Source: Candidatus Zixiibacteriota bacterium (lineage in GTDB: Bacteria; Zixibacteria; MSB-5A5; JAABVY01). Taken from it: a stretch of 64,000 nt of DNA. The position numbers and the translations under genes were made by a program. Positions 10,328 through 21,368 of the stretch are shown here, in pieces. The notes under the pieces were generated by a model. That model had not been told where the DNA came from. It worked only from the letters and a program-made list of their open reading frames with translations, and did no database searches. Where the stretch lies: contig DSEQ01000034.1 in assembly GCA_011056555.1 (NCBI GenBank), positions 11-64,010 of the forward strand. The letters are read 5' to 3'. The number at the start of each line of letters is the position of its first letter. The first letter of the stretch is position 1.

Positions 10328-11239
10328 TTGCAGGATTTCCTGATTCTGGAACTCAAGTCTTTTAACCTCAAGTATCTTTACAGCGGTTTTGATGGCATCA
10401 GGCCGGAGGTGCTGGACTTCGGCAGTTATGATTTTGAGCGTGCTGACTGGAAAGATCTCTTCTTCTCTTTTTCAGAGAACCTGCGGGAATTAGTCAAGCA
10501 GAAGCTGCCCGCCTACAGCCAGCTGGAAACATATCTGGTCCTGCCCCACGAGATCTCTGTGGGAGCGCGGATCAGAACATTCGAAAACCTTGATGGAGAT
10601 ATAAGCGGATGGGAGTATTGGGAAGTGAGGCAGTCACTGGTTGACGATGACAGCGGCTACCAGGTCCAATTTGAATCAGAACAGAGGCCGAGCCGTACCG
10701 GGATAATAGAGAAAAACGCACTGGCTGTAAGAAACAGGCACCTGGCCAGAATCAACAGTATATTGAAGGATCGATCCCTCTTTCTCTCAGGGATGTATCT
10801 GCCGCAGACATTATGGAAGGGGATCTTTGATACGACCGAACAGGACTCCTCCCACAAGATGATAATATACAAAGAGAATAATTCTTTCCTGTGTATCTTC
10901 TGGAATGCGGATAGTCCGCTCCAGATGAAATGGTACCATGAAAGAAGGGCCAGACGAGATTCGGAAGAGGGGCCGGAAATACCTTTGATTGAGAGCATTG
11001 CTGACAATGTGGCAAATTCGATTTCATCTGCCCCCGGCTTTGTCGATATGCCCGTGCTCATTTTCGACAGCAACATGGACCAGGAAGAGATCTCTGTCCT
11101 GAAGGAAAAAATAGGAGCTAATCTGGGATTCTTTCCGCAGGAGCTGTTGCAGGAAAGTTCATATTCCCCTGGACAGATTGAGTACCTTATGGCATATTGT
11201 GCCCATAAAAAAGCAAGCGAACTGTATGTAAAATCGTAG
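10328..11239 (+). CDS. hypothetical protein (303 aa)
   Basis: long ORF with TTG start, no recognised motifs; coding-like composition; co-oriented with neighbours. Confidence 0.4.
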   Translation: MQDFLILELKSFNLKYLYSGFDGIRPEVLDFGSYDFERADWKDLFFSFSENLRELVKQKLPAYSQLETYLVLPHEISVGARIRTFENLDGDISGWEYWEVRQSLVDDDSGYQVQFESEQRPSRTGIIEKNALAVRNRHLARINSILKDRSLFLSGMYLPQTLWKGIFDTTEQDSSHKMIIYKENNSFLCIFWNADSPLQMKWYHERRARRDSEEGPEIPLIESIADNVANSISSAPGFVDMPVLIFDSNMDQEEISVLKEKIGANLGFFPQELLQESSYSPGQIEYLMAYCAHKKASELYVKS

Positions 11240-11258
11240 AAAAGAGAACAGGGATAAA

Positions 11259-11756
11259 ATGACAGACAAAAAGAGGATAGCAATTTACCCGGGCAGTTTC
11301 GATCCGGTTACAAACGGACATGTCGATATCGCGCAGCGTGCGACTAACATTTTTGACCAGGTCATCGTGGCGGTCTCCCACAATCCCAACAAAGACTATC
11401 TCTTCACTGACGAAGAAAGGTTGATGATGACCAGGGAAGCTTTCCGGGACAATGGAAAAATAAGCGTTATAAATTTTTCAGGCCTGGTGGCTAATCTGGC
11501 CCGTGAAAAAAATGCGGTTGCAATCGTGAGAGGACTGCGGGCAGTATCTGATTTCGAGGCGGAATTCCAGCTGGCTTTGATGAATAGAAAAATGAATCGC
11601 GACGTGGAAACGGTTTTCCTGATGACATCATTCAGGTATGTCTATTTATCCAGCAGCATCATCAAGGATGCCGCCCAGCATCACGGAAAATATGAGGATC
11701 TTGTTCCACCAATTGTCATTAAAATGCTGAAACAAAAGTATCAGACTCAGGATTAA
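11259..11756 (+). CDS. coaD: phosphopantetheine adenylyltransferase
   Basis: 165 aa; IAIYPGSFDPVTNGHVDI (HxGH nucleotidyltransferase motif), conserved CoaD length. Confidence 0.9.
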   Translation: MTDKKRIAIYPGSFDPVTNGHVDIAQRATNIFDQVIVAVSHNPNKDYLFTDEERLMMTREAFRDNGKISVINFSGLVANLAREKNAVAIVRGLRAVSDFEAEFQLALMNRKMNRDVETVFLMTSFRYVYLSSSIIKDAAQHHGKYEDLVPPIVIKMLKQKYQTQD

Positions 11757-11782
11757 ACAGCTAAATATGCGGAGTTTATAAT

Positions 11783-13264
11783 ATGGCTGATGAAACCAGA
11801 ACGGAAATGAACGAAGACATGTATGTACAGGCGCGGAGAACCAAGCTCGAGAAAATCCGGGAGATGGGTGTAAATCCCTTTCCATATAGATTCGAGAAGG
11901 ATACAGAAGCCCGATATGTCTTTGCGAATTTCGATCAACTTGATAATACTGATAGAGAATTATCCCTGGCGGGAAGAGTAATGACCATGCGTGTGATGGG
12001 AAAAGCCTCTTTCTGCCATATTCAGGACGAGAGCGCACAGATTCAGCTTTATGTCAGGAAGGATGATGTCGGTGAGGATCAATACAAGTTGTTTAAACTC
12101 CTGGACATAGGCGATATAATAGGCGTGACCGGCCCGGCATTCCGCACCAAGAAAGGCGAAATCAGCATCAAGGCGCATAAAATCATGTTACTCTCCAAAG
12201 CGCTGCGCCCTCTTCCCGAAAAGTGGCACGGCTTGAAGGATGTGGAGACAAGATTCCGTCAGAGATATCTGGATCTAATCGCCAATCCTGAGGTCAGGGA
12301 GCTGTTTGTCAAAAGGAGCCGTTTGATCAATGCCATGCGCTCATTTCTGGATGGCGAAGGTTTTGTAGAGATGGAGACCCCGGTCTTGCAACCGCTCTAT
12401 GGCGGGGCTTCGGCACGTCCCTTCGTAACACATCACAACGCCCTGGATGTCGATCTCTTCTTGAGGATAGCCGATGAGCTCTATCTCAAGAGGCTGATAA
12501 TCGGCGGCTATGAGAGGGTTTACGAGGTCTGTAAGGATTTTCGCAATGAAGGTATCGACCGTTATCACAATCCCGAGTTTACCATGATCGAATTCTACAT
12601 GGCTTTTGCGGATTATCATGATATCATGGAGCTTGTCAAGCGGATGCTTCTGGATATCGCCACCAGGGTCTTCGCTACCACAGAATTCGAATTCGCCGGA
12701 AATAAATTCGATCTCAATGCCGAATGGGAAATCCTGCCGATCCTCGAGTCGATCAAGCAGTATGCGGGAATTGATGCTGCCAACCTGGATGATCAGGCTT
12801 TGGCCGCCGAATGTGAGCGGCTGGGGATCGAAATAGAAAAGACCAGAGGACGTCCAAAAATTCTTGACGATATATTCACGGAGAAAGTTCAACCTAATTT
12901 GATCCAGCCGACATTTATCACCGATCATCCTCTGGAGATGTCTCCCCTGGCCAAGGTTCATCGGGAAAATCCGAAACTGACCGAAAGATTCGAGCTCTAC
13001 ATAGCCGGGTCCGAGGTCTGCAATGCTTTTTCTGAGCTCAATGATCCCGATGATCAGAGGGAAAGATTCAGGATGCAGCAGAAGTTCTCCAAGCTCGGGG
13101 ATGAAGAAGCGCAGCAGCTGGACGAGGATTTCCTCAAAGCCATGGAATACGGCATGCCGCCCACCGGGGGTTTGGGAATCGGAGTGGATCGGCTGTTTAT
13201 GATTCTCACGGGCAAAACCAATATAAGGGAAGTGATATTGTTCCCCCAATTAAAGCCGGAATAG
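11783..13264 (+). CDS. lysS: lysyl-tRNA synthetase, class II
   Basis: 493 aa; N-terminal OB anticodon-binding domain; class II motifs 1-3 (FxEVETP-like, ..RNEG.., GxGxGxDR: GGLGIGVDRLFM). Confidence 0.95.
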   Translation: MADETRTEMNEDMYVQARRTKLEKIREMGVNPFPYRFEKDTEARYVFANFDQLDNTDRELSLAGRVMTMRVMGKASFCHIQDESAQIQLYVRKDDVGEDQYKLFKLLDIGDIIGVTGPAFRTKKGEISIKAHKIMLLSKALRPLPEKWHGLKDVETRFRQRYLDLIANPEVRELFVKRSRLINAMRSFLDGEGFVEMETPVLQPLYGGASARPFVTHHNALDVDLFLRIADELYLKRLIIGGYERVYEVCKDFRNEGIDRYHNPEFTMIEFYMAFADYHDIMELVKRMLLDIATRVFATTEFEFAGNKFDLNAEWEILPILESIKQYAGIDAANLDDQALAAECERLGIEIEKTRGRPKILDDIFTEKVQPNLIQPTFITDHPLEMSPLAKVHRENPKLTERFELYIAGSEVCNAFSELNDPDDQRERFRMQQKFSKLGDEEAQQLDEDFLKAMEYGMPPTGGLGIGVDRLFMILTGKTNIREVILFPQLKPE

Positions 13265-13265
13265 G

Positions 13266-14597
13266 ATGAGCTTTGAATTTTTTATAGCGCTCCGCTACTT
13301 GAAGTCACGCAAGAGGGAGCGTTTCATATCTGTACTTACTTTTCTCTCCATTGCCGGAGTCGCTCTGGGAGTGGCTGTGGTATTTTTTGTCAACTCCATG
13401 ATGAACGGTTTCGAAACCGAGGTCAAATCCAGAATCGGCGGAACCATCTCCCACATAACAGTCTATGGCTACAGCGATACCGGGATCAAGAATTATCAGG
13501 AGTTGATGGGTGAGATTAATGCTGTAGACGGGATCTCGGGAGCCGCACCGGTGGTACTTGGCAAAGCTGTAGTCGGCTCAGAATCCGATAATGATGGTGT
13601 TCTGGTACGCGGGGTCAATCCGGACGACATTTCTAATGTATCCAATATAAAGAATCATATGTTTCGCGGCAGCTTCGGATTTGAGCCGGACAACGGGCTT
13701 CCCGGGGCTGTTTTGGGCAGAGGTCTGGCCAGGAGGCTGCAGGTCACTATCGGGGATACTGTCTATATCGCCAGTTTGAAGGGCCGGAGTTTGAGCCTGG
13801 GGATGAGTGATGTTAAAATCACTCGCTTCCGGCTAAATGGAATATTCGAAACCGGCATGTATGATTACGACGATTATTTCATGTTTATTTCGATTCCTAT
13901 GGCTCAGCAGATTTTCAAACTGCGAGACAGCCATACGAGAAGCAAAAATAAACTACTTTCAATCGGCAACCCCTTGATAGAGCCGTTCGCCATGAATTAC
14001 ATGCTGCCTGCCGAAAACTATCATCCCCAGGACCCGGTCAGTGCGATCCAGGTCAAAGTGGATGATCCTACCAATGTTCAGCCGATAACAAAGCGGTTGG
14101 ATGACCGCATAGGCATGTTCTACCTGGTCAGGAACTGGGTCGATTCGCATGCCAATCTGTTTTACTGGATGAAATGGGAAAAAATATTATTGACCCTGGC
14201 GATGCTCCTGATTGTGGCTGTTGCAACATTCAACATTATTTCGACACTTGTGATGGTCGTTCTGGAGAAACAGGCAGAGGTGGCGATTCTAAAAAGCATG
14301 GGCGCCGATCCCGGGTCGATAGTGAAGATATTCATGACGATCGGTCTTATTTCCGGGGTAATCGGCACAATCCTCGGCGCCATTCTGGGTCTGGGATTAT
14401 GCTGGCTGCAGATACAGTTTAAAATCATATCGTTACCGGGAGATATATACTTCCTCAGTTTCCTTCCAATCGAGATGAGATTGGTGGATTTTATAGTGAT
14501 CAGTGTTGTTGCCGTCATACTAACATTTTTGGCAACAATTTATCCGGCTTTCAGAGCGGGCCGTCTGTATCCCTTAGAAATTATTCGCTATCAATAG
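13266..14597 (+). CDS. lipoprotein-releasing system permease (LolC/LolE family, FtsX-like)
   Basis: 443 aa; N-terminal TM + MacB-like periplasmic domain + C-terminal FtsX 3-TM domain; characteristic N-terminus FEFFIALRYLKSRKRERFIS. Confidence 0.8.
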   Translation: MSFEFFIALRYLKSRKRERFISVLTFLSIAGVALGVAVVFFVNSMMNGFETEVKSRIGGTISHITVYGYSDTGIKNYQELMGEINAVDGISGAAPVVLGKAVVGSESDNDGVLVRGVNPDDISNVSNIKNHMFRGSFGFEPDNGLPGAVLGRGLARRLQVTIGDTVYIASLKGRSLSLGMSDVKITRFRLNGIFETGMYDYDDYFMFISIPMAQQIFKLRDSHTRSKNKLLSIGNPLIEPFAMNYMLPAENYHPQDPVSAIQVKVDDPTNVQPITKRLDDRIGMFYLVRNWVDSHANLFYWMKWEKILLTLAMLLIVAVATFNIISTLVMVVLEKQAEVAILKSMGADPGSIVKIFMTIGLISGVIGTILGAILGLGLCWLQIQFKIISLPGDIYFLSFLPIEMRLVDFIVISVVAVILTFLATIYPAFRAGRLYPLEIIRYQ

Positions 14598-14614
14598 GTT
14601 TTGCTAAAAAAAAT

Positions 14615-15364
14615 ATGGAATCTGGCGACAATAAATATAACAGGAAGGCCCTGAATAAGGGCGAACTTGCAGGCAATACCCAGGGCAATGAGGTGCTGTT
14701 AAAAGCGTCGGGAATTTCTAAAACCTTTCTAACATCTGAAGGCGAAATCAAGATTCTGAGGGGAATCGACTTGGAAATCAGAATGGGTGAAATGACTTCA
14801 ATAGTGGGGGCATCAGGCGCCGGCAAAAGTACCCTTTTATACCTTTTGAGCGGCCTGGATCACCCCACCGACGGCACTGTTTCCTATGGCCCCGAAAATC
14901 TCTCTTCCATGAGCGAAAAAAAACTGGCCCGGTTCAGGAATATTAATATTGGCTTTATTTTCCAGTTCCATTATCTTTTATCAGAGTTCAGTGCCCTGGA
15001 GAATGTCATGATGCCCTTATTAATATCAGGTAAAAGCAAGAAACAGGCCTCGGAACTTGCGTATAATATATTAGAAAAGGTAGACCTGAAGGAAAGGGTA
15101 AGTCATCGGCCGGGCAAGCTCTCGGGCGGAGAGCAGCAGAGGGTCGCGGTGGCCCGCGCGCTTGTAACCAATCCGAGGATTGTATTCGCTGACGAACCGT
15201 CAGGGAACCTGGACGAGAGAACGGCCGATAATTTACATGAACTGATGGCAGAGATAAACAAATCGACAGGAGTCACATTTTTAATCGCTACACATAATCA
15301 GAGGCTGGCAAATATGGCCGAAAAAACATATGAACTTTCCTCGGGCCAGTTGCATTTACAGTAG
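14615..15364 (+). CDS. lolD: lipoprotein-releasing system ATP-binding protein LolD
   Basis: ABC ATPase: Walker A GASGAGKST, signature LSGGEQQRVAVARAL, Walker B IVFADEPSGNLD; immediately after permease. Confidence 0.85.
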   Translation: MESGDNKYNRKALNKGELAGNTQGNEVLLKASGISKTFLTSEGEIKILRGIDLEIRMGEMTSIVGASGAGKSTLLYLLSGLDHPTDGTVSYGPENLSSMSEKKLARFRNINIGFIFQFHYLLSEFSALENVMMPLLISGKSKKQASELAYNILEKVDLKERVSHRPGKLSGGEQQRVAVARALVTNPRIVFADEPSGNLDERTADNLHELMAEINKSTGVTFLIATHNQRLANMAEKTYELSSGQLHLQ

Positions 15365-15380
15365 CGGAGGTTTCGGAGTT

Positions 15381-15881
15381 ATGCTTTGTGACAATTGCAA
15401 AAAAAATGAAGCAACCATAAATTTCACCCAGGTGGCGAACGACAAGAAAATCGAATATCACCTCTGCGAAAGCTGCGCTGCCAAGCTCGGATTCAAAAAT
15501 CCTCTCAAGGCCGTGCCCTTCCCGCTGGGTGATTTTTTGTCATCTATGGTTGATAAAGATATAAAGGAGAAGACCGGCTCACTGGTGCAGATTAACTGCC
15601 CCCGCTGCGGTCTGACCTTTGCCGAGTTTTCCAAGACAGGCAAATTCGGCTGTGGTAAATGCTATCGGGCTTTCAAGACTCAGCTTGACGACCTGCTGAG
15701 GAAGATCCACGGTTCCAACCGCCATGAGGGCAAACTTCCCCGGGGAAGCTCTGAATCCATGGAACCTTTGCGCAAAGAGCGCGAATTGCAGGAAAAACTC
15801 CGAGATGCTATCAAGAACGAAGAGTTTGAAAAGGCTGCCGAGTTGCGCGACCAACTCAGGTTTTTGATGGAGAACAAGTAG
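15381..15881 (+). CDS. mcsA: McsA-like protein-arginine kinase activator (zinc fingers + UVR domain)
   Basis: two CxxC...CxxC zinc-finger pairs (CDNCKK..CESC; CPRCG..CGKC) and C-terminal UVR motif EEFEKAAELRDQLRFL; internal ATG at 15381 with GGAGG RBS preferred over the track start 15330, which overlaps lolD. Confidence 0.7.
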   Translation: MLCDNCKKNEATINFTQVANDKKIEYHLCESCAAKLGFKNPLKAVPFPLGDFLSSMVDKDIKEKTGSLVQINCPRCGLTFAEFSKTGKFGCGKCYRAFKTQLDDLLRKIHGSNRHEGKLPRGSSESMEPLRKERELQEKLRDAIKNEEFEKAAELRDQLRFLMENK

Positions 15882-15890
15882 GAGCAGGCT

Positions 15891-16943
15891 ATGTTCGAAG
15901 ATATTATACACAAGACGGCCGCCTGGCTTAGAGGTGACGGTACTGAACCTGCGGTAGTGGTCTCAAGCAGGGTCCGCCTGGCAAGAAATATTCAGAATAT
16001 TCTTTATCCTAATAAAGGTAGCGCCCAGGAAATGGAGGATGCCCGGGAGTTTGTGCATTCCGCTTTGCGCAAGGAAAACATGCTCGCGAAAGGCATTTAT
16101 GTTCAATCGGAAGATATGACCGAATTGGATCGCAGATTCCTGATCGAGAGACATCTGATCTCCCCCGAGTTCCGGGCCACCAAGCCCTCAAGGGGGATAT
16201 ATCTGTCAAATGACGAAGATATCAGCATAATGATAAATGAAGAGGATCACATCAGAATCCAGTCGCTTACTTCCGGTTTGAATATTCACAGGGCGATGGA
16301 AATCGCCGAAGAAGTTGACGATACTCTGGGAAATACGCTGGCCTATGATTATGACACTGACTACGGATTCCTGACCTCCTGCCCCACGAATTGCGGCACC
16401 GGTATGCGCGCTTCGGTGCTGATTCATCTTCCCGGGCTGGTCCTGACCCACGAAATCGATAAAGTGATCGAGGAAATTACGAAAGTGGGGCTGGCTGTGC
16501 GCGGATTCTACGGAGAAGGAACAGAAGTGCTTGGAAATTTGTTTCAAATATCGAACCAGACGACACTGGGGCGCAGGGAGAAGGATATAACTGATTCTCT
16601 GGAACAAATTACGCGACAGTTAATAGAACATGAGGAGAATGCACGCCGTATCCTTGTTCGAGACGCCCCTGATGAGATAAAGGATAAGATATGGCGCGCT
16701 TACGGAATTTTAAAATACGCTCGGGTATTGACATCAGAGGAGACTATGAATTTATTGTCAGCTGTGCGACTTGGAATGGCGCTGGGCGTTCTGGATATGA
16801 TACCTCTGACGCTTTTGAACGAAATCCTGGTTCAGGCTCAGCCTGCGCATATACAGAAAGTGGCCGGGAAAAATGTTTCCCCATCGGAACGGGATGCGAA
16901 GCGGGCCGAGTTGATAAGGGCAAGGCTGTCCGAGCTTAAATAG
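15891..16943 (+). CDS. mcsB: protein arginine kinase McsB (ATP:guanido phosphotransferase)
   Basis: 350 aa; phosphagen-kinase active-site signature CPTNCGTGMRASV; gene order mcsA-mcsB-clpC. Confidence 0.85.
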   Translation: MFEDIIHKTAAWLRGDGTEPAVVVSSRVRLARNIQNILYPNKGSAQEMEDAREFVHSALRKENMLAKGIYVQSEDMTELDRRFLIERHLISPEFRATKPSRGIYLSNDEDISIMINEEDHIRIQSLTSGLNIHRAMEIAEEVDDTLGNTLAYDYDTDYGFLTSCPTNCGTGMRASVLIHLPGLVLTHEIDKVIEEITKVGLAVRGFYGEGTEVLGNLFQISNQTTLGRREKDITDSLEQITRQLIEHEENARRILVRDAPDEIKDKIWRAYGILKYARVLTSEETMNLLSAVRLGMALGVLDMIPLTLLNEILVQAQPAHIQKVAGKNVSPSERDAKRAELIRARLSELK

Positions 16944-16966
16944 CTTACACATGGAGGATTTTTATT

Positions 16967-19426
16967 ATGAATGAGATGTTCACCGAATTGGCCCGCAAGG
17001 CAATTGAATACGCGCGGGATGAGGCAACACGTTTGCGGCACGATTACATCGGTACGGAACATCTTCTATTGGGACTAATCCGTCTGGGTGAGGGACGATC
17101 TGTCGACATCATCACAAACATCGGATTAGAACTTCAGGATCTAAAGCAGTCCATCGAGGATGTAGTCCAGCCCTCAGGCGGAACTATGACTATGGGCCAG
17201 CTTCCTTTGACCGCCAGGGCCAAGAAGACCCTGGAAGTTGCGGGACAGGAGGCACGCGCCCTGAAGTCGAAAGACATCGATACCGAGCATATACTGCTCG
17301 CGCTCTTGAAAGATGAAGAGGGCGTGGCCGCTCAGGTCTTATCGATGTATGACATTTCCTATCAGGAAGCCTATGAAGAGTTGAAGAATATACAGGCCGG
17401 CAAGCCCTCGAATTTTGCCAAGAAGCGCAAAAAGTCGAAGACCCCGGCGCTGGATCATTTCGGACGCGACCTGACCGAACTTGCCCGCCGCGGCAAGCTC
17501 GATCCGATCATAGGCAGAGTCGATGAGATAGAGCGGGTGACACAGATTCTTTCTCGGCGCAAGAAGAACAACCCTGTGCTGATTGGTGAGCCGGGTGTCG
17601 GAAAAACGGCAATTGCCGAAGGGCTGGCGCAGAGAATCGTGGCGGGCAAGGTCCCCCAGACACTGGAAAACAAGCGTCTGGTTACTCTCGATATGGCTTC
17701 ACTTGTGGCCGGAACCAAGTATCGCGGGCAGTTTGAAGAGAGGCTCAAATCAGTCATGAATGAGATTGTCAATTCCCAGGAAGTGATAATCTTTATCGAC
17801 GAGCTGCATACGATTGTCGGAGCCGGCGGAGCCGAGGGTTCACTGGATGCCTCGAACATATTCAAGCCTGCTCTCTCCCGAGGAGAGCTGCAATGCATCG
17901 GCGCAACCACCCTTAACGAATACCGCAAGTACATAGAGAAGGACGGCGCTCTGGACCGTCGTTTCCAGACTGTCATGGTGGAGGCTCCGACGACCGACGA
18001 ATCAATTCAGATTCTGAAAGGCTTGCGCCTGAAATACGAGGAGCATCACAAGATCACCATATCGGATGATGCCATCGAACAGTCGGTCAGGCTTTCAGAT
18101 CGCTATATCACCGGAAAATTCCAGCCTGATAAGGCCCTGGATATTATCGATGAGGCCGGAAGCCGCGCTCATCTGTCCTCATACACCAAGCCGAATGAAT
18201 TCGGCGAGATTGAGGCGCAGATCGAAGAAATCGCCAAGCGCAAGGAAGACGCTGTCAAGAATCAGGAATTTGAAAAGGCGGCGCACTTGCGTGACGAGCT
18301 CAAATCGAAGCGCGAGGAACTGGCCCAGATGAAAGCCAAATGGGAAGAGGAACGCGAAAAGCAGAAGATCGTTCTTTCCGGAGAAGACGTGGCTCAGGTT
18401 GTAGCCAAGATCACCGGAATTCCGCTCTTCCGTCTGGAGGAGAAAGAATCGAAGCGCCTTCTGCGCATGGAGGATGAAGTCAAAAAGTCTATCGTTGGAC
18501 AGGACGAGGCCATCGGCGCTATCGCCAAATCTATACGGCGGGCTCGCGCCGGTCTGGGAGATCCCAGGCGTCCGATAGGATCCTTCGTATTTCTCGGCCC
18601 GACCGGTGTGGGAAAAACAGAACTTTCGCGTGCGCTGGCGGAATTCATGTTCGAGGATCCCAATTCTCTGGTCCGTATAGACATGTCCGAGTACATGGAG
18701 AAGTTTGCGGTTTCACGCTTAATCGGCGCCCCTCCGGGGTATGTCGGCTATGAAGAAGGCGGTCAATTAACCGAAAAAGTCCGCAGGCATCCATATTCGG
18801 TGGTACTTTTGGACGAAATCGAGAAGGCGCATCCGGATGTATTCAATATCCTGCTTCAGCTTTTTGATGACGGTTCGCTTACCGATGCGTTCGGCAGAAG
18901 GGTCGATTTCAGAAACACCATTATAATCATGACCTCAAATATCGGTACTCGGCGGATTGGCGAGGGCAAATCAATGGGCTTTGCCAAAGAGAAAGTCGAA
19001 AGCGATTTCGAGATCATGAAGAAGAATGTTCTGGAAGAGCTGAGAAAGATATTCAATCCGGAGCTTCTGAATAGAATAGATGAAACCATTATCTTCCATT
19101 CACTTACGAGAGAGCACATTAAAGAGATCGTGGAAATCAGGCTGCTCGAGGTTTCGCAGCGTCTGGCCGAGAAGGGCATCTCCTTCTACCTGACTGAGAA
19201 AGCCAAGGACTTTCTGGCCGATAAGGGCTATGACAAGACTTTCGGCGCCCGTCCGTTGAATCGCGCCATCCAGAAGTTCCTCGAGGATCCTCTGGCGGAA
19301 GAGATTCTGCGCGGCCAGTATGCCGGTGATTGTGAGGTCGAGGTCGATTATGAGGATGGCGATGCGCTGACCTTCAAGATCACGACCAAAATTGAATCGG
19401 AAGATAAAAAACCGGTTTCACAGTAA
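16967..19426 (+). CDS. clpC: ATP-dependent Clp protease ATP-binding subunit ClpC
   Basis: 819 aa; double Clp-N repeat, two AAA+ modules (GEPGVGKT; GPTGVGKT), UVR linker motif ([13 protein letters not shown]), ClpB/C D2-small domain. Confidence 0.9.
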   Translation: MNEMFTELARKAIEYARDEATRLRHDYIGTEHLLLGLIRLGEGRSVDIITNIGLELQDLKQSIEDVVQPSGGTMTMGQLPLTARAKKTLEVAGQEARALKSKDIDTEHILLALLKDEEGVAAQVLSMYDISYQEAYEELKNIQAGKPSNFAKKRKKSKTPALDHFGRDLTELARRGKLDPIIGRVDEIERVTQILSRRKKNNPVLIGEPGVGKTAIAEGLAQRIVAGKVPQTLENKRLVTLDMASLVAGTKYRGQFEERLKSVMNEIVNSQEVIIFIDELHTIVGAGGAEGSLDASNIFKPALSRGELQCIGATTLNEYRKYIEKDGALDRRFQTVMVEAPTTDESIQILKGLRLKYEEHHKITISDDAIEQSVRLSDRYITGKFQPDKALDIIDEAGSRAHLSSYTKPNEFGEIEAQIEEIAKRKEDAVKNQEFEKAAHLRDELKSKREELAQMKAKWEEEREKQKIVLSGEDVAQVVAKITGIPLFRLEEKESKRLLRMEDEVKKSIVGQDEAIGAIAKSIRRARAGLGDPRRPIGSFVFLGPTGVGKTELSRALAEFMFEDPNSLVRIDMSEYMEKFAVSRLIGAPPGYVGYEEGGQLTEKVRRHPYSVVLLDEIEKAHPDVFNILLQLFDDGSLTDAFGRRVDFRNTIIIMTSNIGTRRIGEGKSMGFAKEKVESDFEIMKKNVLEELRKIFNPELLNRIDETIIFHSLTREHIKEIVEIRLLEVSQRLAEKGISFYLTEKAKDFLADKGYDKTFGARPLNRAIQKFLEDPLAEEILRGQYAGDCEVEVDYEDGDALTFKITTKIESEDKKPVSQ

Positions 19427-19512
19427 TTTTGACTTGCCAGAGTTATGGTAATTGATTATAATCTAAGACCCAAATACATGATATTCGGGTTTTGGGTTTC
19501 AGGAGGAAAAAA

Positions 19513-19767
19513 ATGGCTCATAAAAAAGGTGTCGGTTCATCCAGAAATGGCCGCGATTCACACGGACAGAGACGTGGTGTTAAGGCTTTCGCCGGACAGA
19601 ATGTAACCGCTGGATCGATTATCGTGCGTCAGTGCGGCACCAGAATACATCCCGGTGAGAACGTCGGCATGGGCAAAGATTACACTTTGTTTTCCAAAAT
19701 TGACGGGATTGTTCATTTCGACCGCAAAGGCAAAGACAAAAAAGTCTGCAGTGTAGCGGCCAATTAA
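19513..19767 (+). CDS. rpmA: 50S ribosomal protein L27
   Basis: [16 protein letters not shown]... canonical L27 N-terminus; AGGAGG RBS at 19501; the track ORF starts 7 codons upstream at 19492. Confidence 0.9.
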   Translation: MAHKKGVGSSRNGRDSHGQRRGVKAFAGQNVTAGSIIVRQCGTRIHPGENVGMGKDYTLFSKIDGIVHFDRKGKDKKVCSVAAN

Positions 19768-19798
19768 GATAGATATTGGGAGATTATCTCCTCTTTTC

Positions 19799-19827
19799 GA
19801 CACCCCGTCTACGGGGTGTTTTTTTTG
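19799..19827 (+). terminator. rho-independent terminator downstream of rpmA
   Basis: GC hairpin CACCCCGTctacGGGGTG followed by T8 run. Confidence 0.6.
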
Positions 19828-19950
19828 GAGAGATCCTTACCACGGTCAATTCTCTAAGACGCTTCTGTAAGAGGTGCAGACTCTCAAAGCTGAAAAGATA
19901 TCAGAATAAACTGCTATAAATCAAGTCTGTCCGTTGCAGATTCCGCAGTA

Positions 19951-21120
19951 TTACAAGAAAAGATTCTCTATCCTGTCGAAAGCCTTGTTTATTTCTTCAT
20001 CGGAAACGCAGAACGATAGCCTTAGATGGCTCTCCCCTGTCGGCCCGAAGGCGATTCCGGGGGTCGTTGACACTTTCCCCCTTTCCAATAGATCCTTGCA
20101 GAAAGTCATGGAATCCCTGCCTTCCTCCAGAAGGATTTTGGGAAACATCAGATACGAACCGCCCGGCTTGTGATAAGAAAAAATCGAATCCAGCTGATCC
20201 AGACGCTGGCACATAAGATCACGTGCGGCGAGGTAATGCGCCTTGAATTCGGAAATGCAGTCCTGTGGGCCTTCCAGGGCGGCAAGAGCAGCATACTGTG
20301 ATACAACCGGGGCGCAGATCGCAAACGGAATATGTGCCTTTGTGATTTGAGGAATTAAAGACTCATCCGCATGCAAATAGCCGATACGCCATCCGGTCAT
20401 GGCATAAGTTTTGGTGAACGTATAGCAGCTTATAACATGTCTCTTCATTTCAGGTATCGAAGCCAGCGAGAAATGTTCCAGGCCATCATAGACAAAGTAC
20501 TCGTAAGCTTCGTCCGTTATTATCATGAGGTTATGCTGCAAAGCAATTTCTGCTAATTTTTGCAGATCCTCTTTGGAAAAAACAGTTCCGGTCGGGTTGT
20601 TGGGTGAGCAGCAGAAAATTGCTTTCGTTTTTGGCGTAATCGCCTTCTTTATCGCGTCAAAGTCAAGTGCGAAACCCTTTTCCTCGATAGTGGGAACTAA
20701 TACCGGTGTACCCGAGGCAATCACAACCTGGCGGATGTGGGTAGAATATGTTGGTGTGAACAGGAGCACTTCATCCCCGGGATCAATTATCGCCATGACA
20801 GCGGCGGAAAGACCCTCGATAGCGCCCACTGTCACCAGAATCTGGGAAATCTCCGCTTCGACCTGGTTGTCTCTTTTAAGCTTTTCTACGATCGCCTCAC
20901 GCAACCTGACAAGTCCAGCGTTTTCGGAATAACCGCCGACAGAACCGTCTATGATTGCCTTGATCGCCGCCTCCCCGATGTGCTTTGGAGTTCCTGCGGT
21001 CGGCCTGGCCCAGGAGAGAAATGCAACGTCTTCTACTTCTTTTGATAACCGCGTCATCTCATGGATGGCCGATTTTGGTATTTGTGACACCCTGTTAGAT
21101 ATTCTTGGTTTTGTGCTCAC
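19951..21120 (-). CDS. PLP-dependent aminotransferase, class I/II (aspartate/LL-DAP aminotransferase-like)
   Basis: 389 aa; fold-type I aminotransferase with PLP-lysine context KTYAMTGWRIGY; GTG start. Confidence 0.8.
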   Translation of the reverse strand: MSTKPRISNRVSQIPKSAIHEMTRLSKEVEDVAFLSWARPTAGTPKHIGEAAIKAIIDGSVGGYSENAGLVRLREAIVEKLKRDNQVEAEISQILVTVGAIEGLSAAVMAIIDPGDEVLLFTPTYSTHIRQVVIASGTPVLVPTIEEKGFALDFDAIKKAITPKTKAIFCCSPNNPTGTVFSKEDLQKLAEIALQHNLMIITDEAYEYFVYDGLEHFSLASIPEMKRHVISCYTFTKTYAMTGWRIGYLHADESLIPQITKAHIPFAICAPVVSQYAALAALEGPQDCISEFKAHYLAARDLMCQRLDQLDSIFSYHKPGGSYLMFPKILLEEGRDSMTFCKDLLERGKVSTTPGIAFGPTGESHLRLSFCVSDEEINKAFDRIENLFL

Positions 21121-21368
21121 TTCGCGACCTTCCTTTATTTAATTTTCAAAGTAGCTACATTAAATCCGGACAGTTTTGTCCGCTTCCAGTTTGAAACTTA
21201 AGCAAGATATCCAGCTTTTGCAAGTAGTTTGAAATGATACCGCAAATGGGTTTAATATCCGTGCCTCAATATTCATCCGTATTAAATGATAATCTTATCT
21301 TCAATCCATTGACAAATTCCGTTTTTGTAATCATATTCCAAAAAACCGAAACAGAGAGGATGGCATAA

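Noticed and set aside
15330-15380. Upstream extension of mcsA (track start 15330) overlapping lolD by 35 nt
   Set aside because: The internal ATG at 15381 is preceded by a GGAGG RBS. The conserved McsA zinc-finger N-terminus begins there, so the extension looks like read-through frame noise.
19830-19950. 183-bp gap after rpmA examined for a tRNA or small RNA gene
   Set aside because: No cloverleaf-compatible segments or T-loop GTTCRA motif. Only the rpmA terminator hairpin is evident.
21167-21182. Hairpin CGGACAgtttTGTCCG in the divergent aminotransferase/fumA intergenic region
   Set aside because: A short 6-bp stem in an AT-rich promoter region with no flanking T-run or recognisable operator half-sites. 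This is too weak to call a regulatory site.
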